Shown: positions 16,396 through 26,025 of the stretch, piece after piece | Position numbering within the stretch: the first letter of the stretch is position 1 | How the letters are laid out: each line of letters opens with the position of its first letter | NCBI GenBank assembly: GCA_045807965.1 | Contig: JBJMGJ010000380.1 | Coordinates: 2,218 to 66,217, forward strand | Reading direction: 5' to 3' | DNA length: 64,000 nt | Source of the DNA: Bryobacteraceae bacterium | GTDB lineage: Bacteria; Acidobacteriota; Terriglobia; Bryobacterales; Bryobacteraceae | Position numbers and translations under genes: made by a program | Notes under the pieces: model-generated | Seen by the model: the letters and a program-made list of their open reading frames with translations, nothing else | Told to the model about the DNA's origin: nothing | Databases searched by the model: none

Positions 16396-16599
16396 TCAAT
16401 CCATCGATGCATGCCACTGCTCATGACGTTGGATCACATCGAACGGTGTCGCCGGATCAATCATCACCGAGACACCACAGAGTGTGCAGGTCATGAATCC
16501 GACTCGAGCACCCTCGGCTGGCACAGCACGTGCTCCGGGTATCCAATGTTCTTCGGGCGGATGGTTCTCAGGTTGTGCTGGATGGCGGTGGCGTGGCAT
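16396..16599 (-). CDS. hypothetical protein, 67 aa
   Basis: Track ORF. CTLCG..HEQWH. Overlaps the upstream gene by 32 nt. Confidence 0.4.
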   Translation of the reverse strand: MPRHRHPAQPENHPPEEHWIPGARAVPAEGARVGFMTCTLCGVSVMIDPATPFDVIQRHEQWHASMD

Positions 16600-16810
16600 C
16601 GCTCACACTCTCAACCGTACCGGAAGCGGGGAGGACGGAACCGTCATCGAGCGCGGAAGACACGTCCGTACCGATCGGTTCGCCATAGTCCACACTGAAG
16701 TTGATGTCACCAGCGATCCGCTCCGCTGCATTCCGGATCTGCACTGCCTTGTCACGTGGCACGTTCGAGAAGGTGAGCGTCATGTAGATGTTACCGCTGG
16801 ACTGGGTCAT
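16568..16810 (-). CDS. hypothetical protein, 80 aa
   Basis: ATG 16810 (MTQSSGN) behind AGGAGA, 12 nt after the replicase stop. Confidence 0.5.
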   Translation of the reverse strand: MTQSSGNIYMTLTFSNVPRDKAVQIRNAAERIAGDINFSVDYGEPIGTDVSSALDDGSVLPASGTVESVSDATPPPSSTT

Positions 16811-16821
16811 GCTGGGTTCTC

Positions 16822-19800
16822 CTATCCGTTGAGGAACTCTTCGAACGGTCCATAGTAGTCGATCGTGTTCCGAGCGATTTCCACGAGATTCTCGAAATAT
16901 CGCATGTCGATCTCGGCGTCCGATCCCATCGCTTCCACGACAGCGGCCTCCGCCCAGCGATAATCTTTCGTACCGGCGACGGCATAGAACTTGTCCTCGG
17001 CAACCCGCCATAACCGACCAGCAACCGCAGATGTCCCTGCTACCGGTACGAATATGCCGATCTTGCCGACGAATTGCATCTTCTCCTGGTCTCCGGGCTG
17101 AGGCTTGTCGATTCCGGTGAAGTCGAGATAGATAATGCCTTTACCTACCTGTTTGACCTCGCAGTAGTCGTCGAACCGAATATTGTCATCACTGAACAGC
17201 GTCTTGAATACGTAGGGATGCTGGAACTGCGCACCGACCGCGGTGTAGTGCGCGTCCTTACCCTTTCCTTCCCGGGCAATATAAACCGCGTCGTTGACCA
17301 AACAGAAAGCTTTGTAAGTCGCCTCGTGCTCGAACTCGTATCCGTACCTGGCGCCGAAGTCCATCACGAACTGAATGATCTCCGGTGTTGCCTCCGGAAT
17401 CTTGATCGAGTCGGTCTTGATGTGCGCGACTATGTAACCCTTCTGCTGTACCGCATTCTTCAGATCGATCATGAACAACGCGCCACGCTTGGCGACGATG
17501 TTGTCCTTGTTCTTCGGAATACGGAATGGATTGTCGAATTTGGCCGCAGTAAGACCATAGACCGTATTGATCACGATCTTCAGAGCATAGGCGAGATCTT
17601 TCGCCTGACTCTCGTTCTTCAGATAAGGAGCGAGTTTGCCGCCAAGCATTCGTCGCGCCTCTTCAAAATTTCCTCGCTTGATGGCGACGCGAGCATCGAG
17701 TAGAGCGACGAAGTTTGGCGTGTACTCGCCGAAGGCGTTGAGTTCCTTGATGCTAGTCGGATGCATTGACGCAACGTCCAGTACAGCAACGTCGAAATAC
17801 ATTCCTTCGTCAGCGTAGACATAACCACTTTCACCGACCTCTTCGCCACGATATGTGCTCTTGCCCATCTCGAACTCATACCCAGGGAACATCTGCGACA
17901 GATCGGTGTAGACGAACGAGAGTTTGGCATCCCGATCGTTGCCGAATATGATTCTCGCAGTGTGCTTCGCGGTGGAATCGTTCACCGTGAGTCCGGATAA
18001 CGCAGCCAGGATCTGTCTGGCTACGAAATCCTGCTCGCGGTCAACGAAGGTCAATTCGGTACCGATAACGTCGTTGACACAGTACTCGACGACCTTGTCC
18101 CAGAGCTCCTCGGGAACCGGCTTGTCCCAGGGAATATCCATCTCGACCTTACGAATCCCGAGCTGGATCATGAACCGCTTCAGACTCTGCTTGACCGAGC
18201 TGAAGTCATAAATATCCGCGTACGACAAATTGTATGCTTCACCGAACATGGCGCCGCTGTTACCAGCAATTATCTTTTGGCTCAGCGCGTACAACGCAGC
18301 GTTGTCATAACCCATGTACGCTGCATAGAGAATATGATTGTCGTACCTACGGTTGTTGAAGCCGACAAGCTTCATGTGCAGCAGTTTTTCGATCTCCTGT
18401 GCCGGAGGATTGACCATCCGAACGACCGCGGTGTTCACTCCTTCGTATTTCCAGCAGACGACGAAGAGATTGGGATATACTTCGACATCGAAGAAGACCA
18501 ACCGTCGGTCATCGTTGTCGTCCAGCTTCTCCTGCACACCCGGAACCGGATCGTCGAGATGATCTGGAATATCCGAACTCTTGAATTTCATCTGCTGAAC
18601 CTGCTTGATGCAGTACATGGCGTGATTCGTCGAGCCGGTAGCGAACGCAAATATCTGCGACCGCAGATCGGTGACATCGTAGGACATACCGCTCTCGAAC
18701 GCTTCATCCAAGATCTTCTTGATGAAGTCGACCGACGGTTTGGTACCTGGGAGAATTTCTCGACGAAGGTTGCGTGCGATCAGGCTGCGTAGGCCTTTCT
18801 CGCTCTTGATGGTATCAGCTCCCAGCATCTTCTTCTCCTTGATAGGTAACGTGTTGATCATCGTTGCGATGGGCACGTTGTTACACTTGGACAACCGACG
18901 GCGTAAGGACGAACCCCCCGTAAAGGCCTTGACCTCAACACCCTCAGAATACTCTGGCTTGAGAATAGTGACATCGCCGTCATAATTGTAGTGGAGATGA
19001 ATTCCACTGCCGGACTTGCTGATCTCTGCGTAGGTAGGAGGCCATGCAGAGGCCGCCTCGAGGTTTCGCTCGAGAGATTTGTTTCCATCGTCGTCCTTGA
19101 GGTCGAAGTCAATCACAATATGCTGATCAGGGACCTTGACGAAGTGGACTTTACTCGTATCGATGTCAGACAAAATCGTCGTGACAGTTGACCAGGACTT
19201 CTTCGGTGTGCCATTGGGTGTGGCGTACTGAGCAGGATATCCGGCAAAGTCATCATCGAAGAGCGAGTGGGTCTCCTCCATCACAAGCGAGAACGTCTGT
19301 ACATTCTTACTGGGTGCCTTGTACTTGTTGGCATTGAAACCACAATAATAACTACGCACGATCTCCCCGTCCACCTCAACTCGTTCTTTGAATCCGTCGA
19401 AGTAGTTCCGTAACTCCTCGCGGAATTTGTACTGAGGTAACGGTCGATCGATGCCACTTTCGGCACACCATTCTTTGTACATGGTGTACGCCTGTTTCAG
19501 ACTGGTGCCGTCTTGCGCCTTGAATATGTCATACGTGGCTTCGATGAAGTTGAAGAACACGTCGGTTTGGAGCATCATCTCGGTCGGACGATATGAGCTG
19601 TAGTAATTCTTACCCAGCTTGCGATAGACGCCCAGACAGTGATGTGCTATCGCGCCTAATTCGAAGTCGATTCTTGCCAACAACGCATCATAATGCTTCC
19701 GCGGAATCGTAACTCCGGTAGGATGCACATCGATCAACCGTCGGATGATACCCGACTTCGCATCAGATATCTTGACCGGTTGATTGGTACCCATGAACAG

Positions 19801-20595
19801 AAACGCATTCACCCGGGAAGTGTAACCGGGTTTGTACTTCTCGTTCATCGGCATGTCTTCGTGCGCAACGATCGAGTTGATCCGGGTATTGTCCTCGATC
19901 TTGCTCAAGTCTCCGTCATGTTGCACGGCAACCAACGGATTGTTCTTGAACGCTTCCGTAGCGAAGGTGCCATTGCTAGACCCTAACGCTTTGGCATCGA
20001 AGGTGGTTGTGTATCCTTCGAACAGCTTGAGGATGATGTTTAGAATCGTCCCCTTGCCCGAGCCAGGAAGGCCGTAGAAAACCAGGAACTTTTGAATCTT
20101 CTTGGCATCACCGGAGATTATTGCTCCGATAGCCCATTCGATTTTCTCTTGTTCCTCTACGGAGTACAGCGTTCCCACGAGTTCGTCCCAAGCGCTGTGA
20201 TCGCCTGGTTCGAGCGCATACGGCAGTCTGCGACTCACGTAGTCGGTCTTGCGGATATCCTGGTTGGCGAAGGTGAGGTTTTCATCCAGCTGGTGATAGC
20301 TGTCGGGCAGGTTGGCTACATGTTGCTGAAAACTAGCCCACATCCGATTGCTACCATTACGGAGATACTTGACGGTTACGCCGCCGTTCTTCTCCGCATA
20401 TAGGCGCAGGTCCTCGTCGACGAGTCGTTGTACGTCGTACTCGTCCGTGGACCACAGACCTCTCGATTCATCCCAGATAGCATAAACGGAATGGCCACGG
20501 ATCATGATGTCCTCGAAGCGTCCGACCAGAAAATCGGGAAACGCTTCTAGTTTGCCACCCTTTGTCTCTCTGGTTGAAATTACGTAGAAGTCCAC
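16822..20595 (-). CDS. fusion replicase: D5/P4-type SF3 helicase + AEP primase + family B DNA polymerase, 1257 aa
   Basis: Walker A GLPGSGKGT (residues 175-183). AEP motifs VIDFDLKDDDG and SGSGIHLHY (about 494-536). Exo motifs FFDVEV, NNRRYD, YCVNDV. PolB motif A DVASMHPTS, motif B KIVINTVYG, motif C HIKTDSI. Confidence 0.85.
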   Translation of the reverse strand: MDFYVISTRETKGGKLEAFPDFLVGRFEDIMIRGHSVYAIWDESRGLWSTDEYDVQRLVDEDLRLYAEKNGGVTVKYLRNGSNRMWASFQQHVANLPDSYHQLDENLTFANQDIRKTDYVSRRLPYALEPGDHSAWDELVGTLYSVEEQEKIEWAIGAIISGDAKKIQKFLVFYGLPGSGKGTILNIILKLFEGYTTTFDAKALGSSNGTFATEAFKNNPLVAVQHDGDLSKIEDNTRINSIVAHEDMPMNEKYKPGYTSRVNAFLFMGTNQPVKISDAKSGIIRRLIDVHPTGVTIPRKHYDALLARIDFELGAIAHHCLGVYRKLGKNYYSSYRPTEMMLQTDVFFNFIEATYDIFKAQDGTSLKQAYTMYKEWCAESGIDRPLPQYKFREELRNYFDGFKERVEVDGEIVRSYYCGFNANKYKAPSKNVQTFSLVMEETHSLFDDDFAGYPAQYATPNGTPKKSWSTVTTILSDIDTSKVHFVKVPDQHIVIDFDLKDDDGNKSLERNLEAASAWPPTYAEISKSGSGIHLHYNYDGDVTILKPEYSEGVEVKAFTGGSSLRRRLSKCNNVPIATMINTLPIKEKKMLGADTIKSEKGLRSLIARNLRREILPGTKPSVDFIKKILDEAFESGMSYDVTDLRSQIFAFATGSTNHAMYCIKQVQQMKFKSSDIPDHLDDPVPGVQEKLDDNDDRRLVFFDVEVYPNLFVVCWKYEGVNTAVVRMVNPPAQEIEKLLHMKLVGFNNRRYDNHILYAAYMGYDNAALYALSQKIIAGNSGAMFGEAYNLSYADIYDFSSVKQSLKRFMIQLGIRKVEMDIPWDKPVPEELWDKVVEYCVNDVIGTELTFVDREQDFVARQILAALSGLTVNDSTAKHTARIIFGNDRDAKLSFVYTDLSQMFPGYEFEMGKSTYRGEEVGESGYVYADEGMYFDVAVLDVASMHPTSIKELNAFGEYTPNFVALLDARVAIKRGNFEEARRMLGGKLAPYLKNESQAKDLAYALKIVINTVYGLTAAKFDNPFRIPKNKDNIVAKRGALFMIDLKNAVQQKGYIVAHIKTDSIKIPEATPEIIQFVMDFGARYGYEFEHEATYKAFCLVNDAVYIAREGKGKDAHYTAVGAQFQHPYVFKTLFSDDNIRFDDYCEVKQVGKGIIYLDFTGIDKPQPGDQEKMQFVGKIGIFVPVAGTSAVAGRLWRVAEDKFYAVAGTKDYRWAEAAVVEAMGSDAEIDMRYFENLVEIARNTIDYYGPFEEFLNG

Positions 20596-20607
20596 GCACC
20601 CTCCCCC

Positions 20608-21129
20608 CTAGCCCTCCAGAAGATATGCACTCATTTGGTACCAGATCTCGACATTTCTCTGGTCCTTGCGTGCATATCTTAGCGGAAACAGCCCTCCACG
20701 GCCGTTTCGATCGTAGGTTCGCCAAATGACGGTGTTGATTCGTTCATCTACCTCATCATGGTCGTATTGTGATCGGTCGGTGCAGTTCTGCAACCCGAGA
20801 TTTTTGATGAGATGCCAGAACCAGGTCTCGGCGTGGCCCTCAGCTTCGAAGGCCAAGCGCCGAGACAAGGCAACGAGCATCTCGAGAAAAGAACAGCCGC
20901 GGGCCAGCCACGTAGGATCCGGAAATATCCTACTTTCCGTAGCCCATTCGTGACGTAGCCCGCGGCCGTCCTCTACTCGGTTGTCGTCGTTTGGAACCAG
21001 CCAGATGAATTCGATTTCGTACATCTGATGGAACAGGTTCCAGTACGTGCGGGACCGGTTGCGTTCCTTGACGTCACCGACCTGGCTGTACAACCAGGAC
21101 AGGTACAGATCGTCAAGGGATTCGGTCAC
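20608..21129 (-). CDS. hypothetical protein, 173 aa
   Basis: Track ORF with GTGA overlap upstream. Confidence 0.6.
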   Translation of the reverse strand: MTESLDDLYLSWLYSQVGDVKERNRSRTYWNLFHQMYEIEFIWLVPNDDNRVEDGRGLRHEWATESRIFPDPTWLARGCSFLEMLVALSRRLAFEAEGHAETWFWHLIKNLGLQNCTDRSQYDHDEVDERINTVIWRTYDRNGRGGLFPLRYARKDQRNVEIWYQMSAYLLEG

Positions 21130-22160
21130 TCATCATCCCTCCACCTCGCCTTCCTGAGGCGCGGGGTGGAGTCCGAATGACGAAGCCCCATCACCTCTTC
21201 CGAGAATCTGCCGGTGCTGCGACCGACCTCGTAGTCAGCCTTGAGCCGGGCATTGCGGATATAGACGATGTTCGGATCTCGGGAACCGTGTCCGAATCGA
21301 GTTAGGTTGTCGCTGCCCACGATCGGATCGACTTCTTGGATCATCTCGTCGTTCTCGTCGGCGAGAATATCGTCACCCTCGTAGTACGTGAGACTCGTCT
21401 GAGTGTATTCGTCAACATTCTCGACGAACTCCTCGAACGCGATAACGTATGGTAGACCGGCATCACGTCGGGCTCCTTCCGCCTCGGCATCCCAGTCATC
21501 CTCGACGAGCGGCTTTCCGTCGACGAAGATGTTACGTTCCTGTGTTGCCTCGACGGTGACGGGATGATCTCGAATTTCCTCTTTCGCCTGAGCGTTGGTC
21601 ACGACCTTGTCGTACCGGCGTTGGTTCTTCTCGACAGGAACGTCCGTACGCTCCTCGGACTGTAGCTTCTCCTCGGGCTCTTCGCCGGAGTACTTCGTAT
21701 GAGCATCCGCTGCTTCCTCGATCAGCTTCTCGGCTGCGGTTCGAGGCGTGGAATACTTCCCATCCTTGTACCGACGAATATAGAACTGGCGCATCTCCTC
21801 GAGCTCTCGATCTTGTCGCTCTTCGAACTCCTTCTCGAGGCGCTTCTTCTGCCACTTGTAGGCCATGACGCCCAGTGCAGCTCCGGCAACTACACCACTG
21901 ATACCCAATATCACGAGCATCGTATTCGGGTTACGGAACACCTGAACACCTCGGCGAGTGACATCTGCAGTGACGTGCACGCTCCTGTCGAGCGCCTCCG
22001 GCACCACATCAGCCACCTTCTCCAGCCCGGACTCGAGGACCTCGGTGGCCTTGTCCGCACCGGAAACGACCGCGTCGATCGCGTTTTCGACCACCTCCAC
22101 ATCCTTGTCGATCTCCGTCAGCACTGGACGGATCGCTTCGATTTGAGCTCGCTTAGCCAT
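21126..22160 (-). CDS. single-pass membrane protein with charged linker and conserved-looking C-domain, 344 aa
   Basis: TM segment MLVILGISGVVAGAALGVMAY. Glu/Lys-rich middle region. Confidence 0.6.
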   Translation of the reverse strand: MAKRAQIEAIRPVLTEIDKDVEVVENAIDAVVSGADKATEVLESGLEKVADVVPEALDRSVHVTADVTRRGVQVFRNPNTMLVILGISGVVAGAALGVMAYKWQKKRLEKEFEERQDRELEEMRQFYIRRYKDGKYSTPRTAAEKLIEEAADAHTKYSGEEPEEKLQSEERTDVPVEKNQRRYDKVVTNAQAKEEIRDHPVTVEATQERNIFVDGKPLVEDDWDAEAEGARRDAGLPYVIAFEEFVENVDEYTQTSLTYYEGDDILADENDEMIQEVDPIVGSDNLTRFGHGSRDPNIVYIRNARLKADYEVGRSTGRFSEEVMGLRHSDSTPRLRKARWRDDE

Positions 22161-22171
22161 AGTGAATATCC

Positions 22172-22495
22172 TCAGACATCCGGGTTCGGGTTGGTCTTGA
22201 CGGTGTAGTCTGCTGGCTGATTAGGTGCGTCGGTTGAAACCTTCTCGAATTCGAGCCAGCCGTTGCTCTTGTTGGCCAGATAGATGCCCACGCCCACTCC
22301 GGCTGCGAAGATCAGCAACCGATGCTTCTTCGGCAGCTTGACGACGATCTGATTCGAGCGTTTGCCGATCTCACCCACGTGGCCTTCGAGGTGTGCGAAC
22401 CGACGTTGGACGCTTTCCGCGTGCCGAACCATCAAGTTCAGAACCTCGACGACTTCCTTTTCGAAAGGAGTGCTGGGCATGATTGTGTTGTTCAT
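22172..22495 (-). CDS. membrane protein, 107 aa
   Basis: SD AAGGAG. TM segment LLIFAAGVGVGIYLA. Confidence 0.55.
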   Translation of the reverse strand: MNNTIMPSTPFEKEVVEVLNLMVRHAESVQRRFAHLEGHVGEIGKRSNQIVVKLPKKHRLLIFAAGVGVGIYLANKSNGWLEFEKVSTDAPNQPADYTVKTNPNPDV

Positions 22496-22533
22496 AACGA
22501 ATCTCCTTCTAGGATATAGTGGGTGACGCAGAG

Positions 22534-23448
22534 TCAGATCAGGTGGTAAACCGTACCGTCCACGTTGAAATCGAGCCAGATGGATCCTTCTTCACCGTTC
22601 ATGAAGTCGTGTACTTCGCGAGAGTTCTCATCCAGCCCGAAAGAGACGTAACCGTCCCCGCCGGTCTTCCTGGTGTCCTTCACCCAACCGACGACACAGC
22701 CTTCCTTCGTCCGCTCCATGCCGAGCGAATCGTAGACGTCGTTCAGCAACAGATATCCGTATGCCCGCAGCCGATCATTTGCCCAAGTCTGCTGGACCTG
22801 GATGAACGTCCGGTTGTCGAGCGGGTGATTGGACCAGTGCCTGTTCAGCTGATCGAACGGACGAGCGTAACCAGACATGCCCTTCGCAGCGATGCGCTTG
22901 ACCGTCTTTACCTCGTGGCCGTGCTCGTCCTCCTCGATGATCTCCTTGAGCTTATATCCGTAGCGGAACTCACGGTCCTTGTCCTCGCCGAGTTCATCAC
23001 GGACCCGCTCCCGGTACTCCTTGAAGGCCCGATCGACCACCGCGTACGCCGCAGCCAGACTGGCATTCCGCTTGGTCAGCACCACGTGTGAACCGGTCAG
23101 CAGAGCGATCGACACGAAACCCAGTCCGACCGCAGGTGCATAGAGCTTGGTGAGATCCCGAGCGAGGTGGATCTTTACCAGCCGCTGGTCGCTCTGCCAC
23201 TTCTCGACGGTGTACTGGGCCGGGCGCTCGTCATGCACTGCATCCAGTCCAACGCGGGTCTTCTCGGCCTCCTGCAGGATTTCCTCGACCTGCAGTGTGG
23301 CCTTGCACGCCAGAACCGTCGCGGTCACTGCCGTGGCGATACCAGCTCCGAACAGCATGGCCGGAGAATGCTTCCGGGCCAGCAGAGCTTGCCGAGCCAC
23401 CGCTACGGTGACTGTATTTGGAATGAACTTCACGATATGTCCTTTCAT
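22534..23448 (-). CDS. two-TM protein, paralog family member 1, 304 aa
   Basis: TM helices followed by RLRAYGYLLLNDVYDSLGMERTKEGCVVGW. Homologous to 27006..27845 and 28366..28692. Confidence 0.65.
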   Translation of the reverse strand: MKGHIVKFIPNTVTVAVARQALLARKHSPAMLFGAGIATAVTATVLACKATLQVEEILQEAEKTRVGLDAVHDERPAQYTVEKWQSDQRLVKIHLARDLTKLYAPAVGLGFVSIALLTGSHVVLTKRNASLAAAYAVVDRAFKEYRERVRDELGEDKDREFRYGYKLKEIIEEDEHGHEVKTVKRIAAKGMSGYARPFDQLNRHWSNHPLDNRTFIQVQQTWANDRLRAYGYLLLNDVYDSLGMERTKEGCVVGWVKDTRKTGGDGYVSFGLDENSREVHDFMNGEEGSIWLDFNVDGTVYHLI

Positions 23449-23588
23449 TTGACCTTGCCCTGCTCCTTGAGGCGCAGGTAGATGGCTGAGATCTGGGCAG
23501 ACGACATCTTCCTTACTCGCTGCTCCCAGGCATCGCTAGGATATACAGCTAGAAGCGCCTCTTTTTGTTTGATTGCAGGGTTTTCCAA
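23445..23588 (-). CDS. microprotein, 47 aa
   Basis: TTG 23588 sits 1 nt after the upstream stop, behind GGAG. The track ORF 23445..23711 would overlap 23590..24249 by 122 nt. Confidence 0.35.
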   Translation of the reverse strand: MENPAIKQKEALLAVYPSDAWEQRVRKMSSAQISAIYLRLKEQGKVK

Positions 23589-23589
23589 C

Positions 23590-24249
23590 TCACCGCTCCA
23601 ACGGTTCTGGTGGGGGAAGATTGAGCAGATATCCTTGCCGAATATGCTCGATACGAGATCCGCGCAAGTCGGTCCAACCATAACGGAAGTCGGTGAAATT
23701 GGCGGATTCACCTATCAACTCGTACAGATCCGAAACGGCAACCTGCTCGTACCGTTCGAGAATGGCAAATAACCCATCGAGGACCATCTCGGCTTCGGGT
23801 CGTGATTCGAGAATGATCTCTTCGAAGTTGTGAGCACCACGTGATCGTCGACTCACCGATTCCCGGGGGTCATCCCGTAACGATCGAACCGGTGATTGCG
23901 AAAAACCACGATAGTCGACCCGTCCAGGCAGACCAACAACCCGACCGTTCATCCTTCGATGCGATGCTCGAGATTCGCCGAGCACCAGTCGTTCGACACC
24001 ACCGTTGACCACATCGATGATCAGATCGCGGAAGTTGGGAAGGACGATGTCTTCCAGCAGATACTCTCGAACGCTTATCGCATCACCTCCGATGAATGCT
24101 TCTTTCAGTCGTCTGCTGAACGGCCGCTTACGTCGAACGACTTCACCATGGACGACTCGCTCGATGTTCTTGGTTTCGGGCTGTGGTTCTGGTCCGTCCC
24201 GAGATGGTCCCCTTCTTGATCGATCACTGTTACCAGGAAATTCATCCAT
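23590..24249 (-). CDS. hypothetical protein, 219 aa
   Basis: ATG 24249 (MDEFPGN) behind CATGAGGATTATC. Confidence 0.6.
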   Translation of the reverse strand: MDEFPGNSDRSRRGPSRDGPEPQPETKNIERVVHGEVVRRKRPFSRRLKEAFIGGDAISVREYLLEDIVLPNFRDLIIDVVNGGVERLVLGESRASHRRMNGRVVGLPGRVDYRGFSQSPVRSLRDDPRESVSRRSRGAHNFEEIILESRPEAEMVLDGLFAILERYEQVAVSDLYELIGESANFTDFRYGWTDLRGSRIEHIRQGYLLNLPPPEPLER

Positions 24250-24273
24250 GATAATCCTCATGTAGGAAAAATG

Positions 24274-24302
24274 AAAAAACCATAACCCTTGTGGGGTTAT
24301 GG
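24274..24302 (-). terminator. intrinsic terminator (hairpin family)
   Basis: aaaaaa + ccataaccc-ttgtg-gggttatgg. Confidence 0.75.
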
Positions 24303-24313
24303 TCTTGAACGGT

Positions 24314-24574
24314 CTAGCTCTCGGGGTCGGACTTTTTCTTCAGCGAAGCGGCGAGGTCAGCCAGTTCGTCGATCTGCTTGTCAACGTACCCATGCGTCGC
24401 GTCCGCCACGATCTCGCCCACAACGTGCGCTCCGATGAACGTACTTGCTGATTGCAAGCGCGTCTCCGGATCGACGTTCTGGTTGATGACAGTGACGACC
24501 ATGATGCTGGTGGCACGAGCGACAATGAATCGACTCACGGTCTTGACTCCTGCACGCGTGATGCGGAGGCTCAT
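24314..24574 (-). CDS. small protein, 86 aa
   Basis: ATG 24574 (MSLRITRAG) behind the leader. Hydrophobic FIVARATSIMVVTVI. Confidence 0.55.
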   Translation of the reverse strand: MSLRITRAGVKTVSRFIVARATSIMVVTVINQNVDPETRLQSASTFIGAHVVGEIVADATHGYVDKQIDELADLAASLKKKSDPES

Positions 24575-24627
24575 AGTCTTGGTCCTTTCGATAGAGGGGT
24601 TCATTATGAGCCGTGTAGGACTCGCGA
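24575..24627 (-). promoter_or_regulatory. conserved promoter-like box + leader (copy 5)
   Basis: Minus strand TCGCGAGTCCTACACGGCTCATAATGAACCCCTCTATCGAAAGGACCAAGACT-ATG. Confidence 0.5.
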
Positions 24628-24644
24628 CCCGCTCTTCTCCGAAC

Positions 24645-24914
24645 CTAGGCAACCTGCTTGCTTGCCTCTGCTGCTGCGGTCAAGCAGTTCTTCCACAGCT
24701 CAGACTGCGCTGCATCGAATGCGTAGACCGTGAGACCTGCCGCTTGCATGCTTTCGAGCCAGAGGTTGACCGCTTCCTGGGCATTGACCACATTCATGAT
24801 GATCTTGGGCTGCTTGAAGACGAATCGAGTAGCGACCACACCGACGGTGAAGCCGAGTGCGTACATGAAATATAGCTCTCGGTTCTCGTTGACCTTACGG
24901 ATGAGGCTGTTCAT
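24645..24914 (-). CDS. small membrane protein, 89 aa
   Basis: ATG 24914 (MNSLIRK) behind GAAGGAG. TM segment LYFMYALGFTVGVVATRFVF. Confidence 0.5.
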   Translation of the reverse strand: MNSLIRKVNENRELYFMYALGFTVGVVATRFVFKQPKIIMNVVNAQEAVNLWLESMQAAGLTVYAFDAAQSELWKNCLTAAAEASKQVA

Positions 24915-25033
24915 GATAACTCCTTCGAATATGGACGGACGGATAAAGCGAGAAGACTCGTAGCGTGCACGAAGCACTTCCCATAACGGTTTAACTACGA
25001 GTCTCCTCATCATGAACCTTGTAAAACGCGCGA
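24915..25033 (-). promoter_or_regulatory. promoter-like box (copy 6) with an unusually long structured leader
   Basis: Box TCGCGCGTTTTACAAGGTTCATGATGAGGAG at about 25005..25033. The leader holds a 10-bp stem gagactcgta/tacgagtctt. Confidence 0.4.
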
Positions 25034-25098
25034 GGTGGGGGCCAGCAATAGCCAGTCCGCGACACTGACTATGAGACCCCTCTCAACCGGCCCCCACC
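25034..25098 (-). terminator. GC-clamp hairpin, putative terminator
   Basis: ggtgggggcc (25034..25043) pairs with ggcccccacc (25089..25098) around a 45-nt loop. Lies between the stop of 25110..25856 and box 6. Confidence 0.4.
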
Positions 25099-25109
25099 CC
25101 TGCGTTGGT

Positions 25110-25856
25110 TCAGTCGAAGGCCTTGGCGGCCTTCATCTTCATGGCGAGCTGCATCTCCTCGGAGCCCATCCGCATGAGCTCCTGCTTGGTCGGGTACCGA
25201 GTCTCCCGCAGCCAGGCCGGTTCGTCGTCCTTACCCGACAGAGCAGGCACCGGCGTCACCTCAGAAATGACACCCTGGAACTCCGGCGGCGTCGGATGCA
25301 CTGAAGGATCTGCCTGGACTGCCTGCTCGAACTGTGGCTGCGGTTTCTCGGCCTGGGTCTGAGCATCACCCAGAACACCGGAAATATCATCCGGAGTGTA
25401 TCCGGCCTTCTGCATGACCTCGGTCTTCTCCTCGGTCGTGAGGTCAGGCAGTTCGGCGACCGTGATGCCCTTCTCCTGCAGCGCCTTCTGCAGTTCGCCC
25501 TGGATGTTCGCTGGGAAGATCCCAGTGAGCACCGAAGCGCCTGAGTCGGACGAGGTCATGATGTCCATGAAGAACGCGTCGTAGGCTCCCGACTGCAGGA
25601 AATAGTCCGTGATCTCCTGGCTCTTCACGAACCGCATGCCCTCACGACGTCCGACGGCATCACCCAGGATTTTCTCGAACTCCTTGATGATGACAGCACC
25701 GTCCCGCTCGACGGTGAGACCTTCGAGTCGTTTACCATAATCCTCGCCCTCGACGACTGCCTTCTTGGCGATCTCGGAAGCGGTGATCTGGAACCAGAAC
25801 TCCTCGGTGACGGTCTCACCGTCGATATTGATGAACGTGATAGCCTTTTTGAGCAT
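25110..25856 (-). CDS. hypothetical acidic protein, 248 aa
   Basis: Track ORF. SD GAGGAA. Confidence 0.6.
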   Translation of the reverse strand: MLKKAITFINIDGETVTEEFWFQITASEIAKKAVVEGEDYGKRLEGLTVERDGAVIIKEFEKILGDAVGRREGMRFVKSQEITDYFLQSGAYDAFFMDIMTSSDSGASVLTGIFPANIQGELQKALQEKGITVAELPDLTTEEKTEVMQKAGYTPDDISGVLGDAQTQAEKPQPQFEQAVQADPSVHPTPPEFQGVISEVTPVPALSGKDDEPAWLRETRYPTKQELMRMGSEEMQLAMKMKAAKAFD

Positions 25857-25859
25857 GTA

Positions 25860-26021
25860 CTAGTTCCTCACGGTGTCGAAGTTGCTGTCGTAATGCGCGA
25901 TGCAGTCAGGGCAGACTTGAGATCCGTCCAGCGTTTCCGTAAGGTCCTCTTCTCGAGTTCCCTTGTGGCACCAGTCACATGTGGTCAAGCAGAGTTCATC
26001 CCCCGGCTGCAGTAGAGTCAT
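25860..26021 (-). CDS. zinc-ribbon microprotein, 53 aa
   Basis: Hand translation MTLLQPGDELCLTTCDWCHKGTREEDLTETLDGSQVCPDCIAHYDSNFDTVRN. Confidence 0.45.
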   Translation of the reverse strand: MTLLQPGDELCLTTCDWCHKGTREEDLTETLDGSQVCPDCIAHYDSNFDTVRN

Positions 26022-26025
26022 GGCA

